64,000 nt of DNA. It comes from Spirochaetia bacterium (lineage in GTDB: Bacteria > Spirochaetota > Spirochaetia > SZUA-6 > Bin103). Positions 1-12,198 of this stretch are shown one piece after another. Within the stretch, counting starts at the first letter, position 1. Every line of letters starts with the position of its first letter. The stretch spans positions 3,680,001-3,744,000 of the forward strand of contig OZ241863.1 of NCBI GenBank assembly GCA_965203055.1, in the 5' to 3' direction. The notes beneath the pieces were generated by a model. The model made no database searches. It saw only the letters and a program-made list of their open reading frames with translations, and had not been told where the DNA came from. The position numbers and the translations under genes are program-made.

Positions 1-18
1 TAAGCGCCTATCCTCTCC

Positions 19-1134
19 GTGGACCCCACCCGGCACGAGATCCTCTTTGCGGACTCGCGGCGCATGTCCGCGGTCGGCGGCGGCGCGGTCGACCTGGTGG
101 TGACCTCGCCGCCCTACCCGATGATCGAGCTGTGGGATGAACAGTTCGCCGCCGCGGACCCGCGTATCGCGGCGGCGCTGGCCGATGAAGACGGCGCGCG
201 CGCCTTCGAGCTGATGCACTCCCGCCTGGACGCGGTGTGGAGCGAATGCCGGCGGGCGCTCCGCCCGGGCGGGCTGGCGTGCATCAACGTCGGCGACGCC
301 GCGCGCACGATCGGCGGCGAGTTCCGGCTGTTCTCCAACCACAGCCGCATTCTGCAAGCGCTGGCAAAGCTGAACTTTTCGATCTTGCCCGACATCCTGT
401 GGCGCAAGCCGACCAACGCTCCAAACAAGTTCCTCGGCTCCGGCATGCTCCCGGCGGGCGCCTACGTCACCTACGAGCATGAGTACATCCTGATCGCGCG
501 CAACGGCGCCCCCCGGACGTTCGCAACGGCGGCCGAGAAGGAGCGCCGGCGGCGGAGCGCCTTTTTTTGGGAAGAACGCAATACCTGGTTTTCGGACGTC
601 TGGATCGACTTGGCGGGGACCAGCCAGCTCCTGGGCGACCTGCCGTTCGATAACCGGCCAGTGCGCGCGCGGAGCGCCGCCTTTCCATTCGAGCTGCCGT
701 ATCGGCTGATTCAGATGCACTCGGTAATCGGCGACACGATCCTGGATCCGTTTCTGGGAACCGGCACCACTACCGCCGCCGCGCTGGCAAGCGGCCGCTC
801 CAGCATCGGTTTCGAGATCGAGCGCGGCCTCGAACAATCGATCCGCAACTCCGTCGCCGCGGCCGTCCCGTTCGGCCGCGAGAACGCGCAACGCCGGCTG
901 GCGGCGCATCTTGACTTCGTGCGGTCCCGAGAGCAGGCCGGACGACCGTGCCGGCACCTCAACCGCCACTACGGCTTCCCGGTGGTAACGGGCCAGGAGA
1001 CCGCCCTGCAACTGATCGCGCCCTGCGAGCCGGTGTCGGCAACCGGCACCTCCTTCTCCGCCGAGCACGAACCGGCACCGCTTCCGACGCAGGAAGAATC
1101 TCACCCCGAACTGCCGTTCGCCGGCATCTCATGA
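19..1134 (+). CDS. Site-specific DNA methyltransferase (beta class, probably N4-cytosine)
   Basis: VVTSPPY catalytic motif precedes ILDPFLGTGTT SAM-binding motif. Confidence 0.9.
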   Translation: MDPTRHEILFADSRRMSAVGGGAVDLVVTSPPYPMIELWDEQFAAADPRIAAALADEDGARAFELMHSRLDAVWSECRRALRPGGLACINVGDAARTIGGEFRLFSNHSRILQALAKLNFSILPDILWRKPTNAPNKFLGSGMLPAGAYVTYEHEYILIARNGAPRTFATAAEKERRRRSAFFWEERNTWFSDVWIDLAGTSQLLGDLPFDNRPVRARSAAFPFELPYRLIQMHSVIGDTILDPFLGTGTTTAAALASGRSSIGFEIERGLEQSIRNSVAAAVPFGRENAQRRLAAHLDFVRSREQAGRPCRHLNRHYGFPVVTGQETALQLIAPCEPVSATGTSFSAEHEPAPLPTQEESHPELPFAGIS

Positions 1135-2435
1135 ATCGGCACGACTTGGCGGCTCTGATCCGCTCAGGGGAGAACTCCGGAGTGGAGTTCAAACGGGACG
1201 ATCTGCGGCCGGAACGAATCGCCCGAGAGATCGCTGCGCTGCTCAACCTGGAGGGCGGCCACATTCTCCTTGGAGTGGAGGACGACGGCACGATCGCCGG
1301 CCTCGCCCGTGACCGGCGCCGGGTCGAGGAGTGGATCATGGAGGTCGCCCGCAGCCACGTGCGCCCGGCAACGATTCCCTACTGGGAAACGGTGGAATGG
1401 CGCGCCGGGGTAGTCGTAGGCGTCGTATCGCTCCCCGCGGACGCGCCGGACAAACCCTACAAGGCGAAACGAGGTTCCGCCTGGATCACGCAGATGCGCG
1501 CCGGGACAACCACGCGCGACGCCACCGACGAAGAGGAGGTGCGCCTCTACCAGCAGTCGGGGCGGCTGCAGTATGACCGCAAGCCGGTGCCGGGGACCTC
1601 GTTCGCCGATCTCGACCTTCGCCGCCTGCTCAACTACTTCCGCGACCTGCGCCAGCAGGACCATCCGGCAGTGGAAGACGCGAGCTCATGGACCCGGCTG
1701 CTGGTGAACACGGAGCTCATGATCGAGAGCCGCGGCCGGGCGCTGGCGAGCGCGGCGGGACTGCTCTTGTTCGGCGCCCATCCCAACCGCTATCTGCCGC
1801 ATGCGGGGGTTAGCGCGGGCGCTTACGCGGGAACCGAAAAGGACTACCACGCCAAGGAGCGGGCGACGGTGCGCGGGCCGGTGGTGTCGCTGGGATTCCA
1901 GCGCACGCCGGCGGACGGGACGCGCTATCCCAGGCTGCCGCGCAGCTTCTCCGACAGCACCGCGTCCAGCGAGGCGGGCGTCATCGAGCGAACGCTCGAC
2001 TTCGTGCGCCGCAACATCGCCTTGGAAGCATGGATCGACCGCGGCGGGCGCCGGCAGGAACACTGGGAGTATCCGCTGGAAGCGGTACGCGAGGCAGTAG
2101 TGAACGCCGTCGTCCATCGCGACTACACGATAACGGTAAGCGACGTCGAGCTTTCGATCTACGCCGACCGCATGGAGATCATCTCCCCCGGCCGGCTGCC
2201 CAACACGGTCACGGTCGCGAAGATGCGCGCCGGCTACCGCGCCACGCGTAACGAACTGGTGAAGGAGGTGTTGCGCGACTACCGCTACGTCGAGGCTACC
2301 GGCCTGGGGGTACCGCGCCAGATCGTACGCGGCATGCGCGAACACAACGGCACCGACCCGGATCTGATTGAGCAGGACGATCGCTTCATGGTCCGGCTGT
2401 GGAAGCAGCCGCCGGACGCGCGAGAGCCGCGGTAG
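1131..2435 (+). CDS. AlbA_2 (Schlafen-like) + HATPase_c_4 domain protein
   Basis: GENSGVEFK, LLNLEGGHILLGVEDDG, REAVVNAVVHRDY, ISPGRLP, EATGLG; ATG overlaps the MTase stop (ATGA). Confidence 0.85.
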   Translation: MNRHDLAALIRSGENSGVEFKRDDLRPERIAREIAALLNLEGGHILLGVEDDGTIAGLARDRRRVEEWIMEVARSHVRPATIPYWETVEWRAGVVVGVVSLPADAPDKPYKAKRGSAWITQMRAGTTTRDATDEEEVRLYQQSGRLQYDRKPVPGTSFADLDLRRLLNYFRDLRQQDHPAVEDASSWTRLLVNTELMIESRGRALASAAGLLLFGAHPNRYLPHAGVSAGAYAGTEKDYHAKERATVRGPVVSLGFQRTPADGTRYPRLPRSFSDSTASSEAGVIERTLDFVRRNIALEAWIDRGGRRQEHWEYPLEAVREAVVNAVVHRDYTITVSDVELSIYADRMEIISPGRLPNTVTVAKMRAGYRATRNELVKEVLRDYRYVEATGLGVPRQIVRGMREHNGTDPDLIEQDDRFMVRLWKQPPDAREPR

Positions 2436-2473
2436 GGGTCACGTTCCGGTGTCCCGGTGCCGGCGCGCTCTCG

Positions 2474-3754
2474 TCAGGTGACGTGGATGAGCTGCTCGCG
2501 GCGGGGACCGACCGAGATCCAGCGCACCGGTATGCCGGCCGCGGTCTCGATCGCGCGCACGTAGGAACGGGCCGCGGGCGGCAGATCGTCGAACCGGCGC
2601 GCCGCGCTGACGTCGCACTTCCAGCCCGGCAGGGTTTCGTACACCGGACGCGCCCGCTCCAGCACCGCGGTGGCCGGAAAGTCCTGCCGCCGGGCGCCGT
2701 CCACCTCGTAGGCAACGCACACCGGAATGCGGTCCAGGTAGCCGAGCACGTCCAGCAGGGTGACCGCCAGCTCGCTGGCGCCCTGCACCAGGCAGCCGTA
2801 GCGGGTGGCCACGGCGTCGAACCAGCCGACCCGCCGCGGGCGCCCGGTGGTGGCGCCGTACTCGCCGGCATCGCCGCCGCGTTCGCGCAGCTCGTCGCCG
2901 CAGGGGCCGGTCAGGTCGGTGACGAAGGGGCCGGCGCCGACACACGACGAGTACGCCTTGACGGTGGCCACCACCCGCTCGATGGCGCGCGCCGGCAGGC
3001 CGGCGCCGACCGCGGCGAAGCCGGCCAGCGGCGACGACGAGGTGGTGTAGGGGTAGATGCCGTGGTCGGGGTCGCGCAACGCTCCGAGCTGGCCTTCGAG
3101 CAGAATGCGTTTGCCTTCCCGCAGCGCCGCCTGCAGCAGCGCGGTGGAGTCGACCACCAGCTCGCGCACCTGCGCGCCGCCGGCCAGCAGTTCTTCGACC
3201 AGCGGTTCCAGGCGCAGCGGGGCGCAGCCGTAGAGGTGTTCCAGCAGGACGTTGGTACGCGGCAGGAGTTGCCGCAGGCGCCGGCGCAGGTGGTCGGCCT
3301 GGAACAGCTCGCCCACCTGGATCCCCACCTTGAGGTACTTGTCGGCGTAGAACGGCGCCATGCCGGACTGGGTGGAGCCGAACTTCGCCGCGCCGCGGCG
3401 CGCTTCCTCGAGGCGGTCCAACTGCACGTGGTACGGCAGCACCACCTGGGCGCGCTCGGCAATCAGCACGCGCGGATTGGGAGCCCCGCGGGCGCGCAGC
3501 CCGGCGAGCTCCTGCTGCAGCGCCGCCACGTCGACGCCCACGCCGGGACCCAGCAGGTTGGTGGTGTGGGCGTGGAACACCCCGCACGGGACCAGGTGCA
3601 GGGCGAACTTGCCGTACCGGTTGATCACGGTGTGGCCGGCGTTGCGGCCGCCCTGATAGCGGATCACCAGGTCGGAAGATTCCGCCAGGTAGTCGCACAG
3701 CTTGCCCTTGCCCTCGTCACCCCAGTTGGCGCCGACCACGGCCGTTACCGGCAT
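2474..3754 (-). CDS. purA: Adenylosuccinate synthetase
   Basis: GANWGDEGKGK, GGRNAGHT, EYGATTGRPRRVGWFD. Confidence 0.97.
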   Translation of the reverse strand: MPVTAVVGANWGDEGKGKLCDYLAESSDLVIRYQGGRNAGHTVINRYGKFALHLVPCGVFHAHTTNLLGPGVGVDVAALQQELAGLRARGAPNPRVLIAERAQVVLPYHVQLDRLEEARRGAAKFGSTQSGMAPFYADKYLKVGIQVGELFQADHLRRRLRQLLPRTNVLLEHLYGCAPLRLEPLVEELLAGGAQVRELVVDSTALLQAALREGKRILLEGQLGALRDPDHGIYPYTTSSSPLAGFAAVGAGLPARAIERVVATVKAYSSCVGAGPFVTDLTGPCGDELRERGGDAGEYGATTGRPRRVGWFDAVATRYGCLVQGASELAVTLLDVLGYLDRIPVCVAYEVDGARRQDFPATAVLERARPVYETLPGWKCDVSAARRFDDLPPAARSYVRAIETAAGIPVRWISVGPRREQLIHVT

Positions 3755-5562
3755 CGCATACTCCTCAGCGCCGCGCCGTTTGCCGCCGCGGCCGCCGGCG
3801 CAGCGTCAGCGGCGGGCGCGCCGGCGCGCGCTGCGCCCCGGTGGGCGATGCAGGCGGCTACGAAGCCGCGGAACAACGGGTTGGGCCTGCCGGGGCGGCT
3901 GGTGAACTCGGGGTGGTACTGCACGCCGATGAAGAAGGGATGGTCCGGCAGCTCGGCGACCTGCATGATCGGCTGCTCGGGGGCCCAGCCGGAAAACACC
4001 ATCCCGCCGTTCTCGAACACTTCGCGGTACAGCGGATTCAACTCGTAACGGTGGCGGAAGCGTTCGCCCGCTTGCTGCGCCGCGTACAGCTCCGCCACTC
4101 GCGATCCCGCCTGCAGGGCCACGACGCGGCGCCCGAGGCGCATGGAGCCGCCAATGCCTTCGATCTCGTACTGTTCCGGCAGCAGACACACCACCGGATG
4201 AGGGGTGTCGACGGCGTTCTCGGTAGTATTGGCGGCCGGCAGGTCGCAGCATTCGCGGGCGTACTCCACCATGGCCGCCTGAAAGCCGTAGCAGATACCC
4301 AGCAGCGGCAGCCGGCTGGTGCGGGCATGGGTGATGCAGGCGATCTTGCCCTCCCAGCCGCGCCGCCCGAAGCCGCCGGGGACGATCAGGCCATCCAGCC
4401 CTTCGAGGTGACTGGCCGCGGCGGCCAGTTGCTCGGCGCGCCCGCCCGCCTCCTGCACCGCATCCGAGGACACGTCCACCACCTCGACCGCCGCCCCGCA
4501 GGCGCAGCCGGCGTGCTCCAGAGCGCTGCGAATGCTGGCGTAGGTATCGCGCGGTCCCAGGTACTTGCCGGCCAGTCCCACCACCACGCGCTCGCTGGCG
4601 CTGCGGAGCCGGCGCAGGTAGCTCTCGAAGTCGAACTGCTCTCGGCGCTGCCGCGGCGCCCGCCGCGGCAGCTTGAGGTAGTCCACCGCCAGCTCGTCGA
4701 CGTGCTGCGCCGCCAGATGGCGGGGAACCTGATAGACCGACTTCTGGTTGTGCAGATCGATCACGCTGCGCTCCGGCAGGCGCAGGCGCTGCGCCAGCTT
4801 GCGCAGCACGCCGTCAGCCACCGGATTCTCGCAGCGGCACACCAGCACGTGCGGCTTGATGCCCATCTGCATCAACATCTGGGTGCCGTGCTGGGCCGCC
4901 TTGCTCTTCTGCTCGTTCAGATGGGAAGCCTCGATGATCCACGCCAGATTGATGAAGAACACCTTGCGTTCGCCTTCCTGGTAGGCGAGCTCGCTCATCG
5001 CCGAGATGTAGGGCCGGTTCTCCTCGTCGCCGACGGTGCCGCCGATTTCCACCAGGGTGATGTCAGCCTCGCAGGCCAGCGACGACTCGCGCACGAAGCG
5101 AATCACTTCCCCGGTTACGTGAGGGTAGAACTGCACGTCGGAGCCGGAGAACTGCCCGCTGCGCTCCAGCTCGTTGATGCGCCGCGCCAGGCGCCCGTTG
5201 GTAAAGATATTGTGCTCCGACAGGTTCTTGTCCACGAACCGTTCGTAGGTGCCTATGTCCAGGTCGCACTCGGTGCCGTCATCCAGCACGAACACCTCGC
5301 CATGGCGGAACGGGCTCAGGGTGCCGGCATCCTCGTTGAAGTAACCATCCATCTTGATCAGGTTGGTACGGTAACCGCGCTCCTCCAGGAGCACCGCCAG
5401 ACCGGCGGAGAACACGCCCTTGCCGAGTCCGCTGATGACGCTCCCGGTAATGATGATGAACCGGGTCTGGCCGGGCCGATAGCCGGTCGGCTGAATCGAG
5501 TACTCCTCGCCGGGATCGGAACGGTCGCTCAGGGCCAGCAGCGTGTCAGGAATCCGCGTCAT
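3745..5562 (-). CDS. pyrG: CTP synthase (divergent)
   Basis: SGLGKG, HGEVFV, EIGGTVGD, glutaminase GICYGFQ and QYHPEF; start taken at MTRIPD (ATGA overlap). Confidence 0.9.
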   Translation of the reverse strand: MTRIPDTLLALSDRSDPGEEYSIQPTGYRPGQTRFIIITGSVISGLGKGVFSAGLAVLLEERGYRTNLIKMDGYFNEDAGTLSPFRHGEVFVLDDGTECDLDIGTYERFVDKNLSEHNIFTNGRLARRINELERSGQFSGSDVQFYPHVTGEVIRFVRESSLACEADITLVEIGGTVGDEENRPYISAMSELAYQEGERKVFFINLAWIIEASHLNEQKSKAAQHGTQMLMQMGIKPHVLVCRCENPVADGVLRKLAQRLRLPERSVIDLHNQKSVYQVPRHLAAQHVDELAVDYLKLPRRAPRQRREQFDFESYLRRLRSASERVVVGLAGKYLGPRDTYASIRSALEHAGCACGAAVEVVDVSSDAVQEAGGRAEQLAAAASHLEGLDGLIVPGGFGRRGWEGKIACITHARTSRLPLLGICYGFQAAMVEYARECCDLPAANTTENAVDTPHPVVCLLPEQYEIEGIGGSMRLGRRVVALQAGSRVAELYAAQQAGERFRHRYELNPLYREVFENGGMVFSGWAPEQPIMQVAELPDHPFFIGVQYHPEFTSRPGRPNPLFRGFVAACIAHRGAARAGAPAADAAPAAAAANGAALRSMRCR

Positions 5563-6791
5563 GCGGCGCTGGCCTGCAGGAGGTGCTTGAGCTTGTTGCC
5601 GTAGTAGGAGGCAAGATGCGGGTGGTGAACGAAGATTTCCCGGTCGTCGTACTCCAGCGTCATGTAGGACTTGGAGGGAATGATCGGCACGTCCGGAAAG
5701 TTGTAGATCTTCACCGTGCGGGCCAGCATCTCCTCCAGTGACAGACGTTGCCGGCCGGCGGTGTACAGCGGCGAAGTGTCCAGCCCGCAGGTCTCGATCC
5801 GCTCCAGGTTGGCGCTCACCCGCTCCTCCAACTCCGCACGGCTCATGCGGAAGCGATCGTCCAGCGACGCGAACACCAGCGTACTCTCGTACACCCGCAT
5901 CAGCTCGCCCATCCGTTGCCGCACCAGCGCCGCGGTCTCGCGCGCGCGCAGGGAGTGGTTCACCGGGACCCCTTCCCCGAAGCGAATCAGCACCCGCGAG
6001 CGCTGATCGCGGATGCGGCGGGCAAAGGGCATCTTCATGAATGCGTAGTAGTGGTCGTAGACGTACTTGGCGATCTTGCCCTTGCGCGAACGCGCCTGAT
6101 ACTCGCGGAATACGATGTCTTCCGGGATCCGTTCGTAGGAGATGTTGACCGGCACGTACAACGCGTCCTCTATCCGCAACTGGCGCACGGCGGTGCGCAG
6201 TACCAGGAACACGTAGGCCGAAAGCTCGGAGAACTCGCCCGAGTAGGAACGCCCGTACTTCACCTCGCCGGTGGCGCGGTCCGACTCGTAGCCGGGAAAG
6301 ATCATCAGATGCAGCCCCTCGCTCAGCACCATCTTGATCTGATCGAGATACAACTTGTTGTACTGCTGCTTGGTGAGCACGAAGGGCCGGGCGCCGAGCA
6401 GCTTCAGCACCAGGTTGGCCAGCCAGTGCCTGGCGTAGAACGCGCGCCGGTCGCGAATCATCATGAACGCGCCGCACTTGCGCAGGAAGGTGTCCACCGG
6501 ACCGACGTACAGGTTTTCGCCCGCCTGGATGGCGGTGCGGATGTAGCGCTGCGCGAGATAGGTTTGCAGCAGCATCCAGTCGTACTCGCTCTGATGGTTG
6601 GGAATGAAGATCAACTGATGGCCGTCGCGGGCGCGTTCATGCACCAGCTCGAGACCATCCACTTCGACGCTGCTGAAGCAGTTGCCGAACAGGACCACCT
6701 CCACCGTGTTGGCGGTGTTGACCACGTAGCGGTCGCTGCGCCGGTGATGCAGCAACTCGAGGATCTGAGCTGCCGTAAGATCTTGCTTCAT
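5559..6791 (-). CDS. PlsB/PlsC-family glycerolipid acyltransferase
   Basis: FIPNHQSEYD (HX4D), AGENL, CGAF, VPVNISYE; start at MKQDLT. Confidence 0.8.
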   Translation of the reverse strand: MKQDLTAAQILELLHHRRSDRYVVNTANTVEVVLFGNCFSSVEVDGLELVHERARDGHQLIFIPNHQSEYDWMLLQTYLAQRYIRTAIQAGENLYVGPVDTFLRKCGAFMMIRDRRAFYARHWLANLVLKLLGARPFVLTKQQYNKLYLDQIKMVLSEGLHLMIFPGYESDRATGEVKYGRSYSGEFSELSAYVFLVLRTAVRQLRIEDALYVPVNISYERIPEDIVFREYQARSRKGKIAKYVYDHYYAFMKMPFARRIRDQRSRVLIRFGEGVPVNHSLRARETAALVRQRMGELMRVYESTLVFASLDDRFRMSRAELEERVSANLERIETCGLDTSPLYTAGRQRLSLEEMLARTVKIYNFPDVPIIPSKSYMTLEYDDREIFVHHPHLASYYGNKLKHLLQASAA

Positions 6792-6814
6792 AGGCAGCGT
6801 AGCCGGCCGCGCCG

Positions 6815-8122
6815 CTACCGGTAGCTGGCGATCAGGTTCTCGAACTGTTCCTGACGCCCGGAGGCGGGGTGCGGCTCGCCGGCTTCCAGCACCCACCGTT
6901 CGAGCTCGCCGAAGCCGACCGCGCCGCGTTCCACCCGGGCGCCGATGCCGGCGTCGAAGCTGGCGTAGCGCGCCTGCCGCCACGCATCCAGCGTGCCGTC
7001 GGCAATGATGCGCTCGGCGATCAGCAGGCCGCGCGCGAACGCGTCGATGCTGCCCACGTGGGCGGCGAACATGTCGCGCAGGTCGGTGGACTCGCGCCGC
7101 AGCTTGGCGTCGAAGTTGAACCCGCCGGGGGCGATGCCGCCCTGCCGCAGCACGATCAGCATCACCGCGCTGGTGGTGGCCAGGTCCAGATTGAACTGAT
7201 CGGTGTCCCAGCCGATCAGCAGGTCGCCGGTGTTGGCGTCGATCGACCCGAGCAGGCCGGCATCGGCTGCGGTCTGCAACTCGTGGGCGAAGGTATGGCC
7301 GGCCAGGGTAGCGTGGTTGCATTCGAGGTTGAGCTTGAACTGATCGAGGCCGTAGCCGCGCAGGAAGCTGAGCACGGCCGCGGCGTCGAAGTCGTACTGA
7401 TGGGTGGTCGGCTCCTTCGGCTTCGGTTCGATCAGCAGGGTGCCGGTGAATCCCAGTTCCCGCCGGTAGTCGGCCGCCATCTGCAGAAAGCGCGCCAGAT
7501 GGTCCTGTTCCCGCTTCATGTCGGTGTTGGCCAGCGTGGCGTAGCCCTCGCGGCCGCCCCAGAACACGTAGTTGGCGCCCCCCAGCCGGTGGGTCACCTC
7601 CAACGCCTTCTTCACCTGCGCCGCGGCGTAGGCAAACACGTGAGCGTCCGGGTTGGTCGCCGCTCCGTTCATGTAGCGCGGGTGGGAGAACAGGTTGGCG
7701 GTGCCCCACAGCAGGCGGATGCCGGTGTCGGCCTGCAGCTTCTCGGCCAGCTCCACCACCCGGTCGAGGTTGCGGTTGGTCTCGGCCAGCGATGCCCCTT
7801 CGGGAGCGACGTCGCGATCGTGGAAGCAGTAGAAGCCGAGCCCCAGCTTGCGGATGAAGGCGAACGCCGCCCGCATGCGGCGCAGGGCGTTGTCCAGCGA
7901 GTCGCTGCCGTCGTCCCAGGGGCGCGCCACGGTGGGCAGTCCGAAGGGGTCCATCCCGGTACCGCGGAAGGTGTGCCAGTAGGCCACCGAGAAGCGGAAG
8001 TGCTCCGCCATGGTCTTGCCCGCGACCACCCGTTCGGGCTCGTAGTAACGATAGCTGAGGGGGTCGCGGGAATCGGGTCCCGCGTAGCGGATCGGATCGA
8101 TGCCGGCGAAGTAGTCTTCCAT
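6815..8122 (-). CDS. xylA: Xylose isomerase
   Basis: [36 protein letters not shown]. Confidence 0.97.
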   Translation of the reverse strand: MEDYFAGIDPIRYAGPDSRDPLSYRYYEPERVVAGKTMAEHFRFSVAYWHTFRGTGMDPFGLPTVARPWDDGSDSLDNALRRMRAAFAFIRKLGLGFYCFHDRDVAPEGASLAETNRNLDRVVELAEKLQADTGIRLLWGTANLFSHPRYMNGAATNPDAHVFAYAAAQVKKALEVTHRLGGANYVFWGGREGYATLANTDMKREQDHLARFLQMAADYRRELGFTGTLLIEPKPKEPTTHQYDFDAAAVLSFLRGYGLDQFKLNLECNHATLAGHTFAHELQTAADAGLLGSIDANTGDLLIGWDTDQFNLDLATTSAVMLIVLRQGGIAPGGFNFDAKLRRESTDLRDMFAAHVGSIDAFARGLLIAERIIADGTLDAWRQARYASFDAGIGARVERGAVGFGELERWVLEAGEPHPASGRQEQFENLIASYR

Positions 8123-8281
8123 GGCGCCGTCCCCGACCTTACGGCGAAGGGCGCCCCGGCGTCAAACCCCGCGCCCCGCCCGCCTGCCCGCCCGCGGCCG
8201 CCGGCGCCCCGACCGCGCAAAAGGCGAGAGGCGGCGCCGGGCTGTTGCCGGAGCGCCCGTACCGGCTACAATCGGCGCGCC

Positions 8282-9322
8282 ATGCCACTGGTACCAATGC
8301 GTGTCCTCCTCGATCATGCCGCCGAAAACGACTACGGACTGGCGGCCTTCAACGTCAACAACATGGAACAGATTCAGGCGATCATGGCCGCGGCCGCTAC
8401 TACCGAGTCGCCGGTCATCATCCAGGCCTCGCGCGGCGCGCGCAGCTATGCCCAGGAAGCGTACCTGCGGCACCTGATCCTGGCGGCGGTGGAGTTGTAT
8501 CCGCAGATTCCGATCGCCATGCACCAGGATCACGGCAACAGCCCGGCCACCTGCCGCGGGGCCATCGACCAGGGGTTCACCTCGGTGATGATGGATGGCT
8601 CGCTGGCCGAGGACGCCAAGACCACCACCGACTACGACTACAACGTGCGCGTCACCCGCGCGGTGGCGGAGATGGCCCATGCCCGCGGGGTCACCGTGGA
8701 AGGGGAGATCGGCGTGCTCGGGTCGCTGGAGACCGGCACCGGCGAGCAGGAGGATGGCCACGGCGCGGCCGGCGCCCTGACTCGCGAGCAACTGTTGACC
8801 GACCCGGACGAAGCGGAGCGGTTCGTGGCCGACACCGGGGTGGACGCCCTGGCGGTGGCGATCGGCACCAGCCACGGCGCCTACAAGTTCTCGCATCAGC
8901 CCGACGGCGAGGTGCTGGCCATGGCCCGCATCGAAGAGATCCACCGGCGCCTGCCCAACACCCATCTGGTGATGCACGGCTCCTCGTCGGTGCCGCAGGA
9001 GCTGCAGGACCTGTTCAACGCCTACGGCGGCGCCATCCGTCAGACCTGGGGGGTACCGGTAGCGGAGATCCAACGCGGCATCCGCCACGGCGTGCGCAAG
9101 ATAAACGTGGACACCGACAACCGGTTGGCGATGACCGGCGCCGTCCGCAAGGTGCTGCACGAGGACGCCGCCGGTTTCGATCCGCGCGACTATCTCAAGG
9201 CAGCCCGCGCCGCGATGCAGGAGGTGTGCGCGGCGCGCATGACCGCCTTCGGCCAAGCCGGCAATGCCGGCCGGGTACCGATCGTGACGCTGGAGCAGAT
9301 GGCCGCGCGCTACGCGTCGTAA
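8282..9322 (+). CDS. fba: Fructose-bisphosphate aldolase class II
   Basis: [35 protein letters not shown]. Confidence 0.96.
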   Translation: MPLVPMRVLLDHAAENDYGLAAFNVNNMEQIQAIMAAAATTESPVIIQASRGARSYAQEAYLRHLILAAVELYPQIPIAMHQDHGNSPATCRGAIDQGFTSVMMDGSLAEDAKTTTDYDYNVRVTRAVAEMAHARGVTVEGEIGVLGSLETGTGEQEDGHGAAGALTREQLLTDPDEAERFVADTGVDALAVAIGTSHGAYKFSHQPDGEVLAMARIEEIHRRLPNTHLVMHGSSSVPQELQDLFNAYGGAIRQTWGVPVAEIQRGIRHGVRKINVDTDNRLAMTGAVRKVLHEDAAGFDPRDYLKAARAAMQEVCAARMTAFGQAGNAGRVPIVTLEQMAARYAS

Positions 9323-9426
9323 GACGCGGCGCCGGCGCGGCGCGTATCGAGGCCGCGGGCGGCGGCCCGCGCATCACCGGCGCCGCTCGGGCTCGACCTG
9401 CGGCGCCCGGCGGTCACCGGCCGCCT

Positions 9427-10836
<1,410 letters not shown>

Positions 10837-10842
10837 CGGCTT

Positions 10843-12198
10843 TCAGCCCTCCAGCGCCAGCAGCAGCGGCTGCTCCAGCGCTTCCACTACCCAGCGCAGG
10901 AAGCGGATGCCGTCGGCGCCGTCGATCAGCCGGTGGTCGTAGGTGAGCGAGAGCGGCAGGCGCAGGCGCGGTACGAACGCGCCGTCCTGCCACACCGGCT
11001 CCCAGGAGGCGCGCGATACGCCAAGAATCGCCGCCTCCGGCGCGTTGATGATGGGCGTGAAGTGGGAGCCTCCGATGCCGCCCAGGTTGGAGATGGTGAA
11101 AGTTCCGCCCTGCATCTCGGCGAGCGTGAGCTTGCGCGCGCGGGCGCGGGCGGAGAGTTCGCCCAGGGCGCGGGCGATGGCGATGATGTTCAGCTGGTCG
11201 GCGTCGCGGATCACGGGCACGAGGAGGCCGCGCTCGGTGTCTACGGCGATGCCGACGTGGTAGTAGCGCTTGTACACCACCTCGGCGCGCGGCAGGTCGA
11301 TGCTGGCGTTGAATTGCGGAAACACCTTCAGCGCGGCGGCGACCACCTTGACCAGAATGGCGGTGACCGTGAGCTTGCCTCCCGCCGCCTCGGCGCGCGC
11401 GCCGTAGTGCTTGCGCAGCCGCTCCAGCTCGGTAACGTCCGCCTTGTCCTGCTGGGTGACCGCCGGCACCGTCTGCCACACCGCGGTGAGGTGCGCGGCA
11501 GAGGCCCGGCGCACCGCGTTCAGCGCGGTCCGCTCGATCGGCCCCCACTGGGCGAAGTCGGGCAGCGGCGGCGCGGCGGGCAGGGCGCCGGCGGGCGGGG
11601 CGCCGGCCGGCGCCTGCAGCAACCGCTTGGCGGTGGCCTTGACGTCGTCAAGGAGAATGCGGCCGCCCGGGCCGGTGCCGGAGACCTCATCGATGTCGAC
11701 GCCGATCTCCCGCGCCAGGCGGCGCACGGCGGGAGTAGCGGGAACCGGACGCGCGCCGGCGGGTTCGCCGGCAGCCGCCGGTGCGGGGGGCGCCGGGCGC
11801 GCGGCAGGTTGAACCGGTTGGAAGGTCGCGCCGGCGTCGCGGCCCGGTGAGGGCGCGGGCGGTGCCGCCGACTCGGCGACGGGAGCGGGCGGCGCAGCCG
11901 GTTTGCCGGAGCCGCCAGCCTCCGGGCCGGCGCCGTTCTCCTGACTGGCAGGGTCCTGACTGGCAGGGTCCAGGCTGGCAATGGTATCGCCCACGTTGAT
12001 GGTGTCGCCCGCCTCGACGTGAATGGCGGTCACCACCCCCGCTTCCGGGGCCGGCACCTCCACCACCGCCTTGTCGGTCTCCAACTCCAGCAGCGGCGCG
12101 TCCTTCGCTACCTGGTCGCCGGGGCTCACCAGCACGGCGGCTACGTCGCCGGCTGCTATGTTTTCACCAAGTTCCGGGAGTTTGACGTCGATAGCCAT
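10843..12198 (-). CDS. aceF: Dihydrolipoamide acetyltransferase (E2), single lipoyl domain
   Basis: ETDKA lipoyl motif, ATPAVRRLARE, TISNLGG, YDHRLIDG; start at MAIDVK. Confidence 0.93.
   Translation of the reverse strand: MAIDVKLPELGENIAAGDVAAVLVSPGDQVAKDAPLLELETDKAVVEVPAPEAGVVTAIHVEAGDTINVGDTIASLDPASQDPASQENGAGPEAGGSGKPAAPPAPVAESAAPPAPSPGRDAGATFQPVQPAARPAPPAPAAAGEPAGARPVPATPAVRRLAREIGVDIDEVSGTGPGGRILLDDVKATAKRLLQAPAGAPPAGALPAAPPLPDFAQWGPIERTALNAVRRASAAHLTAVWQTVPAVTQQDKADVTELERLRKHYGARAEAAGGKLTVTAILVKVVAAALKVFPQFNASIDLPRAEVVYKRYYHVGIAVDTERGLLVPVIRDADQLNIIAIARALGELSARARARKLTLAEMQGGTFTISNLGGIGGSHFTPIINAPEAAILGVSRASWEPVWQDGAFVPRLRLPLSLTYDHRLIDGADGIRFLRWVVEALEQPLLLALEG

Noticed and set aside
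2474..3754. PurZ (Z-genome) possibility
   Set aside because: The catalytic Asp motif GDEGKGK is PurA-type, and there is no phage context
11941..11970. 15-bp tandem repeat in aceF (DPASQ twice; similarly AAVGR twice in the IorA-like gene)
   Set aside because: In-frame slippage in flexible linkers; unremarkable
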